Shown: one piece after another, positions 51,050 to 63,390 of the stretch
Layout of the letters: each line of letters opens with the position of its first letter
Numbering within the stretch: the first letter of the stretch is position 1
Assembly: GCF_036321535.1 (NCBI RefSeq)
Contig: NC_087458.1
Span: 5,766,001-5,830,000 of the forward strand
DNA from: Camelus dromedarius
Lineage: Eukaryota
Length of the DNA: 64,000 bases
Reading direction: 5' to 3'
Translations under genes and position numbers: made by a program
The notes under the pieces: model-generated
Databases searched by the model: none
Told to the model about the DNA's origin: nothing
The model's input: only the letters and a program-made list of their open reading frames with translations

Positions 51050-54000
51050 GTATACCTAGAAAAAAACAAAGGAGTGATAATGGCTAACATGTCAACAATA
51101 GTGCTGACCATTCCAAGCATTATGCTGAACACATGACAGGCTTTACATCATTTAATCTTCATAATCTGCTAGAATGAAAGGCTCCATGAGCACATGGATC
51201 TTGTCCATCTTGTTCACCACCATAATCCCAATGCCCGGGAGAGTGTCTGGCACATGGCAGAGGCTTGGTCACCACTATGGCACAAAGCCTAGGACGGCGA
51301 CAGGACAGGACACAGTAGGTGCTCAATAAATATTGACTGAATGAACACAAGACCAATCCAATAAGAAAGGTATTATTATGAGTCCATTTCACAGATAAGA
51401 AATTAAGGTTCAGAAAGATTAAATACCTAGCCAGGGATGACAAGCTAGACCTTGCATTTGAACCTAGACTGTCACTCAGAGCTTATACTCTCACACACTA
51501 TTCTGTATTTCTTCCCCCAAAACTATTAGACGCGATGGTGACAATATTAACACACAAAAACTACTACCAGTTCAAACATACAATATGAAAGATCCCATTT
51601 AAGTAATAAAAAAACTAAGAACTCAGGAATAAATGTAGAAATCAATCAAGCTTTTGTGAAGAAATGTGAACTGAAGGATATGAAAGGAAGCATGAATAAG
51701 TAGAAAAGCCGACTTGTTTTTAGAGAGAAAGACTTACAGTGTGAAAAAATCAATTTTCCCTAAAATAACATTTGATATGATCCCAATTAACATATCTGCT
51801 GGATTATGATTTTTTAATATGATTAATATGTTTTTATGATTTAATTTTTAATATGATTTTTAATGTGATTTTTTGATATGATTAAATTTTTATGATTAAT
51901 ATGTTTTTAATAGGATTAAATGTTTCTAAAATTCTCCTTGAATAATAAACATGTGGAATTCACTGGTAAAATTCTGAAAAACAAGAATAATGAGGGAGAG
52001 CCCACCATACAGGTTATCAAAGTATATTATAAAGCTACAGTAATTAAATGAGGCTGCTTTTAAATAAATAATAAACAGATGAATGAAACAGAACAAAGAG
52101 ACCCAAAATATACAGAAGAATTAAATAAATAATGTGTCACATCAGTGAGAAAATTTTAATAATAAAATAAAGTCTGGGAGTTTTTTTAATGTGTTAAATT
52201 GGGGGAGACCTTTCTAAGCATGGCATAAAACACAGAAGCCATTCAGAAAAGGTTTGACAGATCTGAGTACATAAAAATTCCTTATATTCTGTATGGCCAA
52301 AACTACCAAAAACAAAGTCAAAGGACAAAGGGCAAATTGGGGGGAAATATTTGCAACACACATAACAGACAAAGGCTAATTTCTTTATTCTATAAAGAAC
52401 CATAATAAATTAATATGAAAAGAAAAAACTCAAGCAGTTCAACAGAAAAAGCAATATGCATGATTATCAAAAATATTTTTTAATGTTCTATTTCACTCAG
52501 TATTAAAGAAGTGTAAATCAGAACAAGATTTCTACATAGTAGACTGGCAAAAACTCACACAAGGACAGGGGAAACAGGCAGTCACATGCACTCTTGGTGG
52601 CCATGAAAATTAGCACAATCTTGTTGGGAGGCAAATTGATAATATCTGTAAAAATTAAGAACAACCTGCCTTTTGACCTAATATTTGTACTGCCAGACAT
52701 TTACCCTATAAATATTTTCCTCCAAGTATTTAAAGATACATAAATAACAATGTTTGCAAAAGTGGAAAAGTGGACAGAAGAGAAATATTCCTCAATAGAG
52801 GATTAGCTACATAAATTTGTGGTGAGTTACATATTAGAATACAGTGCATCATTTTTTTTATAATGGGAAAATAGCCTATATGCATTGTTACATTTTTAAA
52901 AAGCTATTTGTAGAACAGTAGGTAAGATGCATTTATTTATTCACTCACTCAACAATTTTATTTTTTTTCAACTTTTTTACTATCTCCCAGATACCCTCCA
53001 TACTTTATTGAGCACCTACTAGGAGTCAGACACTACTCTAAGTGCTGCAGGTAAAACAGTGAGCAGGTTCCTTTCCTTCATGGAAAAAGACTTGTTTCCT
53101 ACATGGAAAGGAAAGCAATTATATGTTACTTCTTAGTGACATATAATTATGTAAAGGAGGTTAAGCTGTGATGGAAGTGTTCTGAAAGAAAATATCCCAG
53201 GGCAAAGGAACAGAGCACAAGGAGGTGACTTCTGTACTCAGGGGTGAAGGAAGCTCATGCTGAGGATTTGCCATATAAGCAGAAATCTGAGTCAAATGAA
53301 GAATAAGCCTAGGAGATAGCTGGGGAATGAGCATTCTAACCAGGGGAGGAAAAGTGGAGACAGTAAGTATAAGTAACTCTCACTGCTTTTGAGGAGTTTT
53401 GCTACAAAGGGGAGCAGAGACATAAGGCATAGCCGGAGGGAGTTACAAAGTCAAGGGAAGTTTTCTTTTAAGCTGGGAGATATTTGGCTTGAAAAAGCGT
53501 GTTTGTAAACTGATCAGAACAACCGAGTAGAGAGGGTAAATGTGACAAAAGAAAGAAAGGTAAAAATGGAAACAGTAGCATCTTTAAGTGGATGAGTAGG
53601 GATGGGAGTTAAGGCACCAGTGGAGGGGCTGGCCTTAGGAGCAGAGACGGATCATTCACAGTAACAGAAAAGAAGGCAGGGAATGTGCTGATGGATTGGC
53701 TGATTAGGGGGAGGGAGCACATAGAAGTTTCCTGATTGTTCTTATTTAATTCATGAGAAATTTTCTCATTAAGAAAGCAAATGTGGAAAGAGGCACTGGA
53801 GTTCGAGGAGAAAGGGAAAGCTGTGAAATAACCATCCGAAAGATGGTCAATGAACCCACTAGGGAAACGTAGTTGAACAGCCAGGCATTGCTAAGGGTCC
53901 TGTTGGGCTTTGGGCTTATAGATTTAACATGAGACAAGTCAACATGGCAGTGCGCTCGTCTCCAGCCAGATTCAGCTGTACGGTGCAGACGCAGAATGGT

Positions 54001-54900
54001 GGGTTTCACCAGCAAGTTAATGGAGGTGAAATGTTGCATTTAACCTAAGTTGGGATTTTGCCCAACCCACAGAGAGGACAGAGAGAAAGAGAATCAAGGG
54101 AGTTAAGGGTATGATTATAATGATGAACCTTAGAACCCAGCTGAGTAAGGAGGGAAATGAGGTCATGAGGGAAGGTGATGGAAGGCGAAAAAGTGATAGG
54201 GTCAAGAGACTGAAGGTCCCAGTGGTGTCAGGAAATGGTGGAGAGGAGGAACGAAACAGAGGAATAGAACTGGGATAACAGGAGGTGGTAGACAGAGAAA
54301 GAGAGTCCTGGAATTGAGATTCCGGAGGTGGTACATTGGTAATAAGAGCTGAAGAATGAACGGGGGGTGGGGGGGGGATGCAGCAGGAAGATAGAATCTT
54401 TGAAAGTGAGGAGTTCAAGAAGTTGAGAGGCCTGGATGCTGGATGAGCTGTCCATGTGGATACTGAAGGTAACGGCAGCAGCAGTGATGAGAAGGAAATC
54501 AGTCAGCCAGAGCTGAAGGGCGAGAAGGAATGCAGTAAGAACGGTGGAGGCGGGTACATAGGAGCTTCAAGGAGCTGGACGTCTTAGGAACAGGAAGAAA
54601 CTAAGATCTGGAAGCAGCAAGAAGAGCAAAGAGGTCACTACCTGCATCTCCAGGCCCAGAGGGAGTTGGATTTGGGAGAAGAAAACACTCACTATTTAAC
54701 AAGACTACAGGGAATGTTGCATTTTTAGGGGAGAGCCTGAAGTTTCCTGTGAAAGGAAGAAGGGGAAAGTCTTAAGGGTGTAGGAGATACTGAAGATGAT
54801 AAGACTATGAATTTCAGAACTGTTTGTGTTTTTTTAAAAAATCTATATTCACACACTTTTATGTGCCTGTGAATTTTCAGAAAGGATGTAAGAGAAACTG
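51050..54900. mobile_element. MIR, L1ME-type and long L2 fragments filling S100A13 intron 2
   Basis: MIR (CCATTTCACAGATAAGAAATTAAGGTTCAG), L1 ORF2/3' remnants (TATTATAAAGCTACAGTAATTAAA) and L2 (TTTATTGAGCACCTACTAGG...). Boundaries approximate. Confidence 0.6.
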
Positions 54901-55536
54901 TTAACAGCCTGGGATGATGTGCCAACCCAGAGCAGATGAAATGTGAATCCCTACTCCAGCCTGTGAGTAGGAGAGAAGGAAGGATCCTGTCAGTTGCATT
55001 ATTGAGGGCACTCCCAGAAGGGGTGAGGAGTAATCACAGACCACTTACTGGTCCCTCCTACACTGAGATCCTATGACTCCAAGGATTAGACTCATAGAAT
55101 TATTTTTGATAAATCCTCTCCCATAGCTGAGCCCGTTTCTATACACATGAAGTGAGGAATCAGGACTGTGTTTTCTCTTGGCCTCGTTCTAGCTCTGATG
55201 GTCTATGAATCTTCTGGAAACCAGCTCTGGGTCCAGCCCTGTGTTGGGTAAATGAGACCAGAGAGGCACAGAGCAGACACAACAGGAATCCAACAGCATC
55301 GCCTGATGGAAGAACAAAGCCCAATAACACACTTGCACTCACAGGCACACTGTCACGGAGTTATGCACACACACACCAGGTAAGAACATCCAGAACCATT
55401 TACACACATGCAGTCCCCACACCCTCCCCCACGACACCTTGTGCTGAGCCTTATCATGCTGAGCAATGTCACCTCACATACACAGCGTCCTACAGCCACT
55501 GGCTCCCGAGATCTCAGGCCCAGAGATTCCACTCAC

Positions 55537-55689
55537 CTTGAGCAGGTGAGGCAACTGCTGAGTGACCAGCTCCTTGAACTCATCGATGCTGAGGCTGCCC
55601 TTCCGGCCCTCCCGCCCTGCAAAGGTGAAGAAGGTGGTAACCACTGTCTCGATGGCCACCTCCAGCTCGGTCAGTGGCTCAGCTGCCAT
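55537..55689 (-). CDS. S100A13: S100A13 first coding exon (codons 1-51)
   Basis: MAAEPLTELEVAIETVVTTFFTFAGREGRKGSLSIDEFKELVTQQLPHLLK. Donor AAG|GTGAGT; acceptor CCTCCTGCAG| at 55730. Joined ORF is 98 aa. Confidence 0.97.
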
Positions 55690-56678
55690 TATGACCCTGG
55701 GGCTAGAGCTGGTGTCCTCACGGAGCTAACCTGCAGGAGGGGAAGGAGAGAAAGGGAGAGTCAGGAGAGACCAGAGCGCCCCTGTCCTGGCGTGTCCACC
55801 TCAGGCCTCTACCTGGAGGAGACCTCACGGGGAAGCAGGGAAGGAACAGGGATGCAGGGATGGAGCTTGGGGCAGTGGACCAGGTACATCAATGTAGGTG
55901 AGGGAAGGAACGTTCACTTCCAGAAACCCCTTCCTCTTTAAGTCTCACAGTCTGGGGATCCTTTCGAAGTCTCAGGGACCCCTGCGTGATGGCCCCTCAG
56001 TCTGGAGAGCCCCCTGTCTGGGAGGAGGCTTTCAGTATGGGATCCTTCCTTGAAGTCCTCTCAGTCTGCTGGACCTTCTGTGGAGTCCAGACCCAAGGGC
56101 CCTTTCTCGAGTTTTGCCGGCCTCAAAGGGTCATGAGGTTGTTTGTCTCCAAAGCTTGTTTGTGCAAGGACCTGGGTCTCCACCCGCCTGCGCTGCGCCC
56201 GCCCACACACACACTGGCTGCTCTTCCCAGCAGAGAAGCCCAGGATCTGGCAAATGCCCAGCTGTGGTCAGGGCTGGCTCCGTCTGGCCAGACCCGGCCT
56301 CCTGGCCCCACCCCCCCCCTTCCCTCGGCGACAGCCGGGCAGAGTGCGGAGCCCAGGACCCCACAGCCCTTCCCGCGCTTGTCTGCCCGCGACAGGGGTC
56401 CTGGATGGGGCTCCCCTGGCTGCCCGAGCCCAGGAAGGGCTCGATACCTCCACTCGCAGCCCTTGGGCGGGGTGGGGGACAAGGCTGGGGGAAGGGGACT
56501 TGCCCACTCGTCCTCCCTTCAACCACGTACCCCCTCCCCTCGGCAAAGACTGTTGCTGGACCTCCCAAAGCCATTTCCTGAGTCCCCATGTGGGCCGGCT
56601 CCAAGGGGAGGGACCTGGGAGCCCAGGGCGGAGAAGAGGCTCCCGAGGCTTTCTCCAGGGTTAGGGGATGCGACTCAC

Positions 56679-56731
56679 CGGGGCAGGGAGATGGGGAGCA
56701 GCGAGCAGAAGCCCTAGGGCTGAGGTTTATA
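56679..56731 (-). promoter_or_regulatory. S100A13: S100A13 proximal TATA box and very short exon 1 in a CpG-rich region
   Basis: TATAAA at 56726-56731; donor CCG|GTGAGT at 56679/56678; GC-box and C-rich tracts at about 56850-56935. Confidence 0.7.
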
Positions 56732-57681
56732 AGCGTTCCGGAGGGAGGAAAGAGCCCCTCCCAAGCCCGGAGGTGTCAAGTTTCCGTCGTGGATTCTGAA
56801 GAAAGGAGACCGCCCATTCACGCCTCCACACACACACACACACACACCCGCCCCCGCCCCCACCTCCAGCAAGCGGGCCAGAAACCCTGCCCGCCCGCCC
56901 GCCCCCCCCACCCCCCACCCCCCCACCGCCCCAGCCCATGCAGCCTCCACTTGGTGAGGGGAGGACCTGCCTGGAGCTGCCTGGTCAGATTCCAGTCAGC
57001 AGGTATCCTGGGGTCCCATCCTTTCCAATACAGGGAGCCTGCAGTCCCACTACACCCTCCTCCTCTAATCAGGTGTGTATGTCGGGGGAGGTGGGGAGGC
57101 CACTGCAGGTTAAAAGAACAAACTGAGGGAGCTCCACACTGAGAGGTCCCCTCTAAGAAACACCACAGAGGGCCCCTCAGAATGAGAACCCGCCAAGGAC
57201 CCTGCAGCCCAAGACCCCCACAGAGGATCTGGACTGAGACCCCACAAACACAGAGGGGGATCCAAGCTGACTTCACAGAGGAGACCCTAGATTGAAGTCT
57301 CTCAATGGGGTCTCAGGCTGAAACCCCTCAGGGAGCCCAAGACTAAATTATTCACAGAGAAGCCCCCTCACTGAGCCCCCTCAGTGAGGTGCATGCCTTC
57401 TGCCCTGCCTAGCAGCACACCAGCACTGGGGCGTGGGGGGTGCAGGGAAGTCCTCTCCATGTTCCTTCCTCCCAAGACCTTTCCCACCTCCCTTCCTTCT
57501 GCGCTGTGCCTGTTGGGGCCCAGCAGTTGAGGGGGCAGACAACCAAGGCTGGAGAAGAGGACACAGGGCAGCCTGTCCCAGCCCAGGAGACAGAGGGCGC
57601 CTCTGTCCACTCCTGGCCCCTTGCCCCACTGGGTGTCTGTCTGTGAAGGGGTGGAGCCGGTGGGGGGGGGTGGCGGGGGAA

Positions 57682-57782
57682 GGACGACTGAAGGCAGGTC
57701 TCCCCACACAGCTCCGGTAGCCACATTTGCAGCCTTGCCTGTCTTTCCGGGAACCTGCTCCCACCTTGCGCCCAGGCCGACA
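57682..57782 (+). promoter_or_regulatory. S100A1: S100A1 non-coding exon 1
   Basis: GGACGACTGAAGGCAGGTCTCCCCACACAGCTCC...CCCAGGCCGACA resembles the recalled human S100A1 5'UTR; donor ACA|GTGAGT at 57782/57783. Confidence 0.8.
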
Positions 57783-59808
57783 GTGAGTATCCTGTCCCAT
57801 CTGTGCTAAGTCCCTGCCCTGGCCAGCTTGCAGGGAAGGGGACTTCAGCAGGGCTCCAAGAGTCTGGGGAGGATGGCGTTGTGGTGCCTTGTGGGTCTGG
57901 GACGAGTTTGGGCTTTGGGGGAGACAGTGTTTGGAAGGTGGTGAGGGAGGCAAGGGAAGGTCAAAGGGAGATCTGGGAGCTCAGTGAATGAGGAAGCCAG
58001 TGGGGAACACAACCGCTGAGCCTCCAGGACACCAGGCCCTCCTACCACAGAGCCCTCAAGGGCCCTCCCAAGACTCCCTCAGTCTCCCAGGTGCTGGGGA
58101 GGGGACCCAGCTCTCGCCTTGTTTCCAGTGGTGTAAGAATAAGAGAGCAGATGGAACAGCTACTTCTGCCCACCCCACCCCCCGCCCCAGCCTTGGTCTC
58201 TCTGCCACCCCACCCAGCCTTGCCAAAAGCTTGGGGCCTAGGGAAGTTGGGGGGCGGGGGAGAGTGGGTGGTGTTGGTGGCAGAGCATAGACCATGTGAT
58301 ACCAGAAAGGGGGGCACTAGGTACTGTTCCCACTGCCAACTCTCACTTCACGTGACCTCCCCTTTCTCCTCCTCCTCTTTCTTGGCCCATATCCCCAGAC
58401 TCCTCTTTCCCCCATTCTTTCCCTTTGTTTTCCTGTCTGCCCACTCCCTGCCAAGGTCCTCTCAGAATGGCCCCTACGCAAAATCCCAGGCTGCTTGAGG
58501 TGTCCAGGCAACCTCTAGGTGCCCTCCCTGGATGGGGCCGATAACTGAGCCACCAGCACCCCTCCTCACACACCCTCTTATCCTCTCCATCAGCCCCAGC
58601 TTGGGTTCCATCTCCCTCATGTCTCTGTGACAACCACTTCTCATGTCTGGAGTTCAGGTGACACTCACAAGGGCACCATTGAAGAGCTGGGATGTCATCC
58701 GATCAGGGCCCATTGTCCAGCCCCTCAGGCCTGGAGAAGGATGGGGACACCTGATCTGAGACACCTGAGTCGCCCCCTGAGGCTGTGGAGGGGCTGACAG
58801 TCCCAAGGCCAAGGGAAAGAGGCCCCCTGGCTTAGCAATCCCCTCTTCTCAACAGACCTCTCCATTTTTCCCCTCCCCTCTCGAAGCCCCTTGAACTTGG
58901 AGGACCTCATGCATTTAGCCTTTATCTCCCCAACACATACCAGCCCCATTCTCCCTGATGCCACCGTCCCCACATCGACCAGGCTGGGCCTCAGGGTGGG
59001 AGTGGCCAGCAGCAGCGACAAGATCTCACATGTGTCCTCTCCCTGTCCCTGGGAGCCCTGACTCCAGGGAAGAGGCTCAGACATTACTCTTCCCTTTCCC
59101 ACCACCACCCAGTGGAAGGACTGATTCTGCAGAGAAGAGGAACCAAACTAGAAGTAATGGAGGGAAGCCAAAGTGACAGGTTCAGGAGGGAACAGAACTG
59201 AAGGATCAGGAGAGGCCCCCAGTCTGGTGACAGGAAACTCAAAGGCAGTGAGATGCTCCTTCCCCATGAACCTTGGGCTGCCCACTCAGACTACCACCCC
59301 CTCCCCAGGCTGACCGGAGGCACCAGACTGACTCCTTGCTCAAGGTGGGCAGCAGAGTCAAGGCTGTAGAGGGGAGCCCAGCCCACCACCCCCAAGAGCA
59401 GAGCTTGCTTGTGCTGGGCAGGCAAGTCCAGGGTAAAAATAGAGCCAGAGGAAGCCCGGCCGGGTCCTGTGACCACCCCCACCTGCCTGCCCCACCCTCC
59501 TCAGCGTCTGCCCGGGCAGCCCAGAGCCACTGCAGGGTCAACTGCAGGCCTCTAGCACCAGCCCAGCTCCAGCTGCTCTACCGCCGTGCCCTCAGCCCTG
59601 ACTCCCTCTGGCTGGAATGTGGATTGAGGGACACAGAGTTCAAGTCTAGATTTAGATCTGTTTGCGTAAAATCTCAGAAAAGATAAATTGTGGTGGGGCT
59701 CTGATCTCATAGCTCTTTGAGCTGTGGGACCCGAACCCGAACCCCAGATACCCCGAGCATGGTCCCCAGCTCACTTCCATGGTGGGACGTGGGTAGGTAA
59801 GCTGCGCA

Positions 59809-59949
59809 ATGGGCTCTGAGCTGGAGACGGCGATGGAGACTCTCATCAACGTGTTCCATGCCCACTCGGGCAAGGAAGGGGACAAGTACAAGCTGAGCAA
59901 GAAGGAGCTGAAAGAGCTGCTGCGGACGGAGCTCTCCGGCTTCCTGGAC
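59809..59949 (+). CDS. S100A1: S100A1 first coding exon (codons 1-47)
   Basis: [47 protein letters not shown]; donor GAC|GTGAGC. Confidence 0.97.
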
Positions 59950-60911
59950 GTGAGCACAGGGTCGGGGTACGGGGTGGAGTGGGCGAGTGGTGGGGGAACA
60001 GAGTGGGCACCTCCCTGCCATCTCCCGACCCCATCCTGGCTCAGCCCAGTCATCTCCTTCCTCTCCCAGGCTCCCCTTACTCCTCCTGGTTCAAATCAAA
60101 ATGCCCTATTTACTGATCACCTGTTAAGTGCTAGGCCCCATGTAGATGCATCAGTAACAAGGCTCACAGTCTAGAAGGGAAAAACTGACACTTGAAAGTA
60201 AACCTTGAACATCAGGAAGCACGCAGAGCCTTAACAGAGGTGCCGGAAAGGCTTATGGGAGAATATTAACCTGACTGAAGTGGGACGGCTTCTCCAAAGA
60301 GGTGGCACCTGAGCCATAGATTTCCACTGGAAAATTATTAGGGTAACTGTAGCTATCTTAGGAGAAGGTACATTATGGAAACAAGAGCATGGGGGGAAAG
60401 ATGGAGCATGCTTAGTAGTTGTGACTGGACTGAAGGATGCAGAAAAGGAGAAGCCAGAAGAAAGTGCACCAGCTTTGAGGTTTTATTAGACCCAGGTTCA
60501 AATTCTGACGCTGCCACTTTCTAGCTGTGTGACTTCGGGCACATTATTTCACCAACAACTGTGAATTTGTCTTTTCTCTAGAATAGCAATAATGAAACCA
60601 GCTTCATACTATGTTAGAATTAAATTAGACATTGCTTGTAAAGCTCCTAGTGTAGTGTTTGCCACATGGTAGGCACTCAACATATGGTAATTGATGTTCT
60701 TATTACTCTGCCTTGTTAAGCTTATTCCGTAGGCAACAGGAAGCCACAAGTGTTTCAGTTTTGAGGAGGGCAGCAAGAGTCCCATAGTTAGATGAAGTTC
60801 TCCCTCCTCCCCATCTCTGCCTCCTTCTCCCCAATGAGCTACCCACCACGTCCCTAACTCAGTGATATTCATCTTCCTATACACCGACCTCTCCATCTCC
60901 TCCCTGCACAG

Positions 60912-61055
60912 ACCCAGAAGGATGCGGATGCTGTGGACAAGGTGATGAAGGAGCTAGATGAGAATGGAGATGGGGAGGTGGACTTCCAGGAGTACGTAGT
61001 GCTGGTGGCTGCCCTCACTGTGGCCTGTAACAACTTCTTCTGGGAGAACAGCTGA
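60912..61055 (+). CDS. S100A1: S100A1 last coding exon
   Basis: TQKDADAVDKVMKELDENGDGEVDFQEYVVLVAALTVACNNFFWENS*. Acceptor CCCTGCACAG|ACC; ATTAAA at 61207-61212. Confidence 0.97.
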   Translation, partial: TQKDADAVDKVMKELDENGDGEVDFQEYVVLVAALTVACNNFFWENS

Positions 61056-61999
61056 GCCGATCGCCCCCGTGGGCAGCGCCCTTCCCCTCCACTCTGCCAT
61101 ACCTGCCCTGCTTCCCCCTTACCCCACTTTTACCTCCCCACATTCCCACCCTTGCCCACCCTCCAAGGGCGCAAGAGTAGTGGGCCAGGCCTGCAACTCC
61201 TCTTTCATTAAAGGCTCCTCTCTACCAGCTGCCAGCTGCTGTCTGTCTCCTTTAGGATATGGAAGTGGGTGGGGAAGTGAAGGCTGCTGACTCTCAATTT
61301 CCCCTTTTTTGGGGAAGGGTCTTTTGAGGGGGAGGGATTTTATTTGGAGAGAGATCAGGGGACCATTACATATTCCTACTTAAGGAATGCTCAGGGTCCA
61401 TGAAGGTAGGGGTTCAAGGTTTCAGCTGGAAGTGGAGGAGACATCAGCTTCTCAGCTATAAAGCCAGAAGAATTTCCCTTCAACCTTCAAAGAATATTTA
61501 CTGAAGACCTAACATGTGTTAAACATTGTATAGGAACTGGAGATACAGCAGTGAGCAAAACACATACAACCCTCAGCGTCACATAGGTAAAGTCCAGTAA
61601 GGATGCCAAACCATTAAACACAAACATAAATGCTAGAAAGGAAAATTAAAGGATCCGATGCCCCTGGGGGCGGGGGAGGGGGAGCGAATGAAGACGTGTT
61701 CATTCACTCATTCTTCACACATTCAAGCCTTTTATTGTGTGCCCAGGCGTAAGGAAAATCCCGTGTAGGTCTGCATCAGAATCCACATGGATGGCAGATG
61801 GCGAGAGGAAATGTAAGGGAAGGGGGAGCAGGAACGCAAAGGTCCCTGCAAATAAGGATTTGGTTAGACCAAATTGGGGAGGAAGTGAAGAGACAAATAT
61901 GCAAGAGCGGTGGTGAGTGGCATAGGATCCAGCAGAGGTGTGCTCCCGGCCCTGGTCCCCATGGCCATCCACAACTCTCTGAGCCAGGCAAATGATAAG

Positions 62000-62950
62000 T
62001 GGAGAGCCAGCGGAAATTACCCGGGCCACGTGGTCCGGAAGAGAAAGCGAGGCACGTCTGCGTAAAAAAAGTTTAATCTGTCTGCCTTAGCTTGAGGCGC
62101 TGAGGGACGCGAGAGGAAATAGGAACATCCTTTACGTGGGCACCAAATCTGCCCCGAGCGGCCCAAATCACTATCGCACAGTTCCCTTAAAACCCAAGAG
62201 CTATGCCACCGGCCACCTGGGCGGAGCGCAGGGCGTAACCCAGACAGGGCCTTTGCTAAAGCCCGCCTACTCTCTAGGGCGCCTTCCCGATCCCCGCGCA
62301 GGCGTGGCACAAATTTTCCCGCCCCCTAGTTGTGCGCGGATCTGACGTCTGACGTAATTACGTCGACGCCATTTTAGCCGGTCCCACTCCGCACTGGGCG
62401 TGGCGGCCATTTTGTTTTGGGCACCGAGCGGGAGTTGGCGGCCGCGGCTGTGGTGAAAGGCAGGAAAGGGCAGGCCGGGCGAGCAGGCGGACCAGCGGAC
62501 CGGACAGCCAGCCAACAGCAACGAACTAAGCTAGCACTCCACCGCTTAACACATCTAACCAACCGCCCACCAAGTTAACCCGAGCCCCTCCACCGTCAAC
62601 TCAGGTTCGGCCGGCCCCCGGCCCGCCTTCCGCAGCCGTGGTGGCAGCCCCGGGAGGAGCACTGGCGTCCGTTTCCTTCGGTACGTTTCTGTAGTGAGAA
62701 GGGGGGCAAGAGTCTTGGGGAGCTGAAGGGCCCGGCGGACGCGGAGCGGGAGCTGTGGGGATGTGGAAGCAGATAGGGTGTCGGAGAGCGGACGCCCCGG
62801 GGAGGGGGCGGAGCCCCAGAGAGGGAGGCGGGGGAGGGGGAGTTTTCCGAGCTGGAAACTCAGCCGCGGGGTTGATGGGAAAGGTTGGGATTTAATAGGG
62901 ATGAAAAGGAACCTTGTTTGGCGGGTTGAACAAAGTTGGCGGGGCTGACG
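62000..62950 (+). promoter_or_regulatory. CHTOP: CHTOP CpG-island promoter and non-coding exon 1 (donor at 62680/62681)
   Basis: High CpG density; tandem TGACGT, palindrome GACGTAATTACGTC (62351-62364), YY1-type GCCATTTT twice (62365-62375, 62403-62413); donor TCG|GTACGT. Confidence 0.85.
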
Positions 62951-63218
62951 GAGCTTTGAGATGGTAGGGAAATCAGAGGAGGACTTCACGACTTTAGGGA
63001 ACGTTGGAGAGTAATGGCAGCGTTAGGGTTAAATTTTGTAGCATGCTCTCTGGGAGGTGACTCCCAGGTGAGTGCCCATTTAGAAAACCTTTACTTCTCC
63101 TCCTCCTTATCCCCCCCCCCCCCCCCGCCAGGTCCCCAGTCCCTTGCCAAGGCCCCTGCTTGATTTTGGAGTCGAAAGCCAATTTTGAAACTGATACACC
63201 TGTATCATCTCTGTAGAT

Positions 63219-63390
63219 CAGTGGTTCTCAATTTTGGCTACACATAAGAAGCGCCGAGGTAGACTTTTTTTCCCCCCGTTTAATTGCTGATCCCCAGCCC
63301 TCAACATCAGGGATTGTGCTTTAAATGGTTTGGGCCCAGGCTTCTGTGTTTTGTTTAAAAGCTCCTTGCCGCCAAGGTTGAGAAGGACCG
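63219..63390. mobile_element. MER5-type hAT-Charlie DNA transposon in CHTOP intron 1
   Basis: CAGTGGTTCTCAA terminus and TTGAGAA..ACCG opposite terminus; flanks CTGTAGAT / CTCTAGAT match the hAT NTCTAGAN target. Confidence 0.75.

Noticed and set aside
55986-56717. 243-aa ORF over the S100A13 CpG-rich promoter and intron
   Set aside because: CpG-island artefact with no homology recognised.
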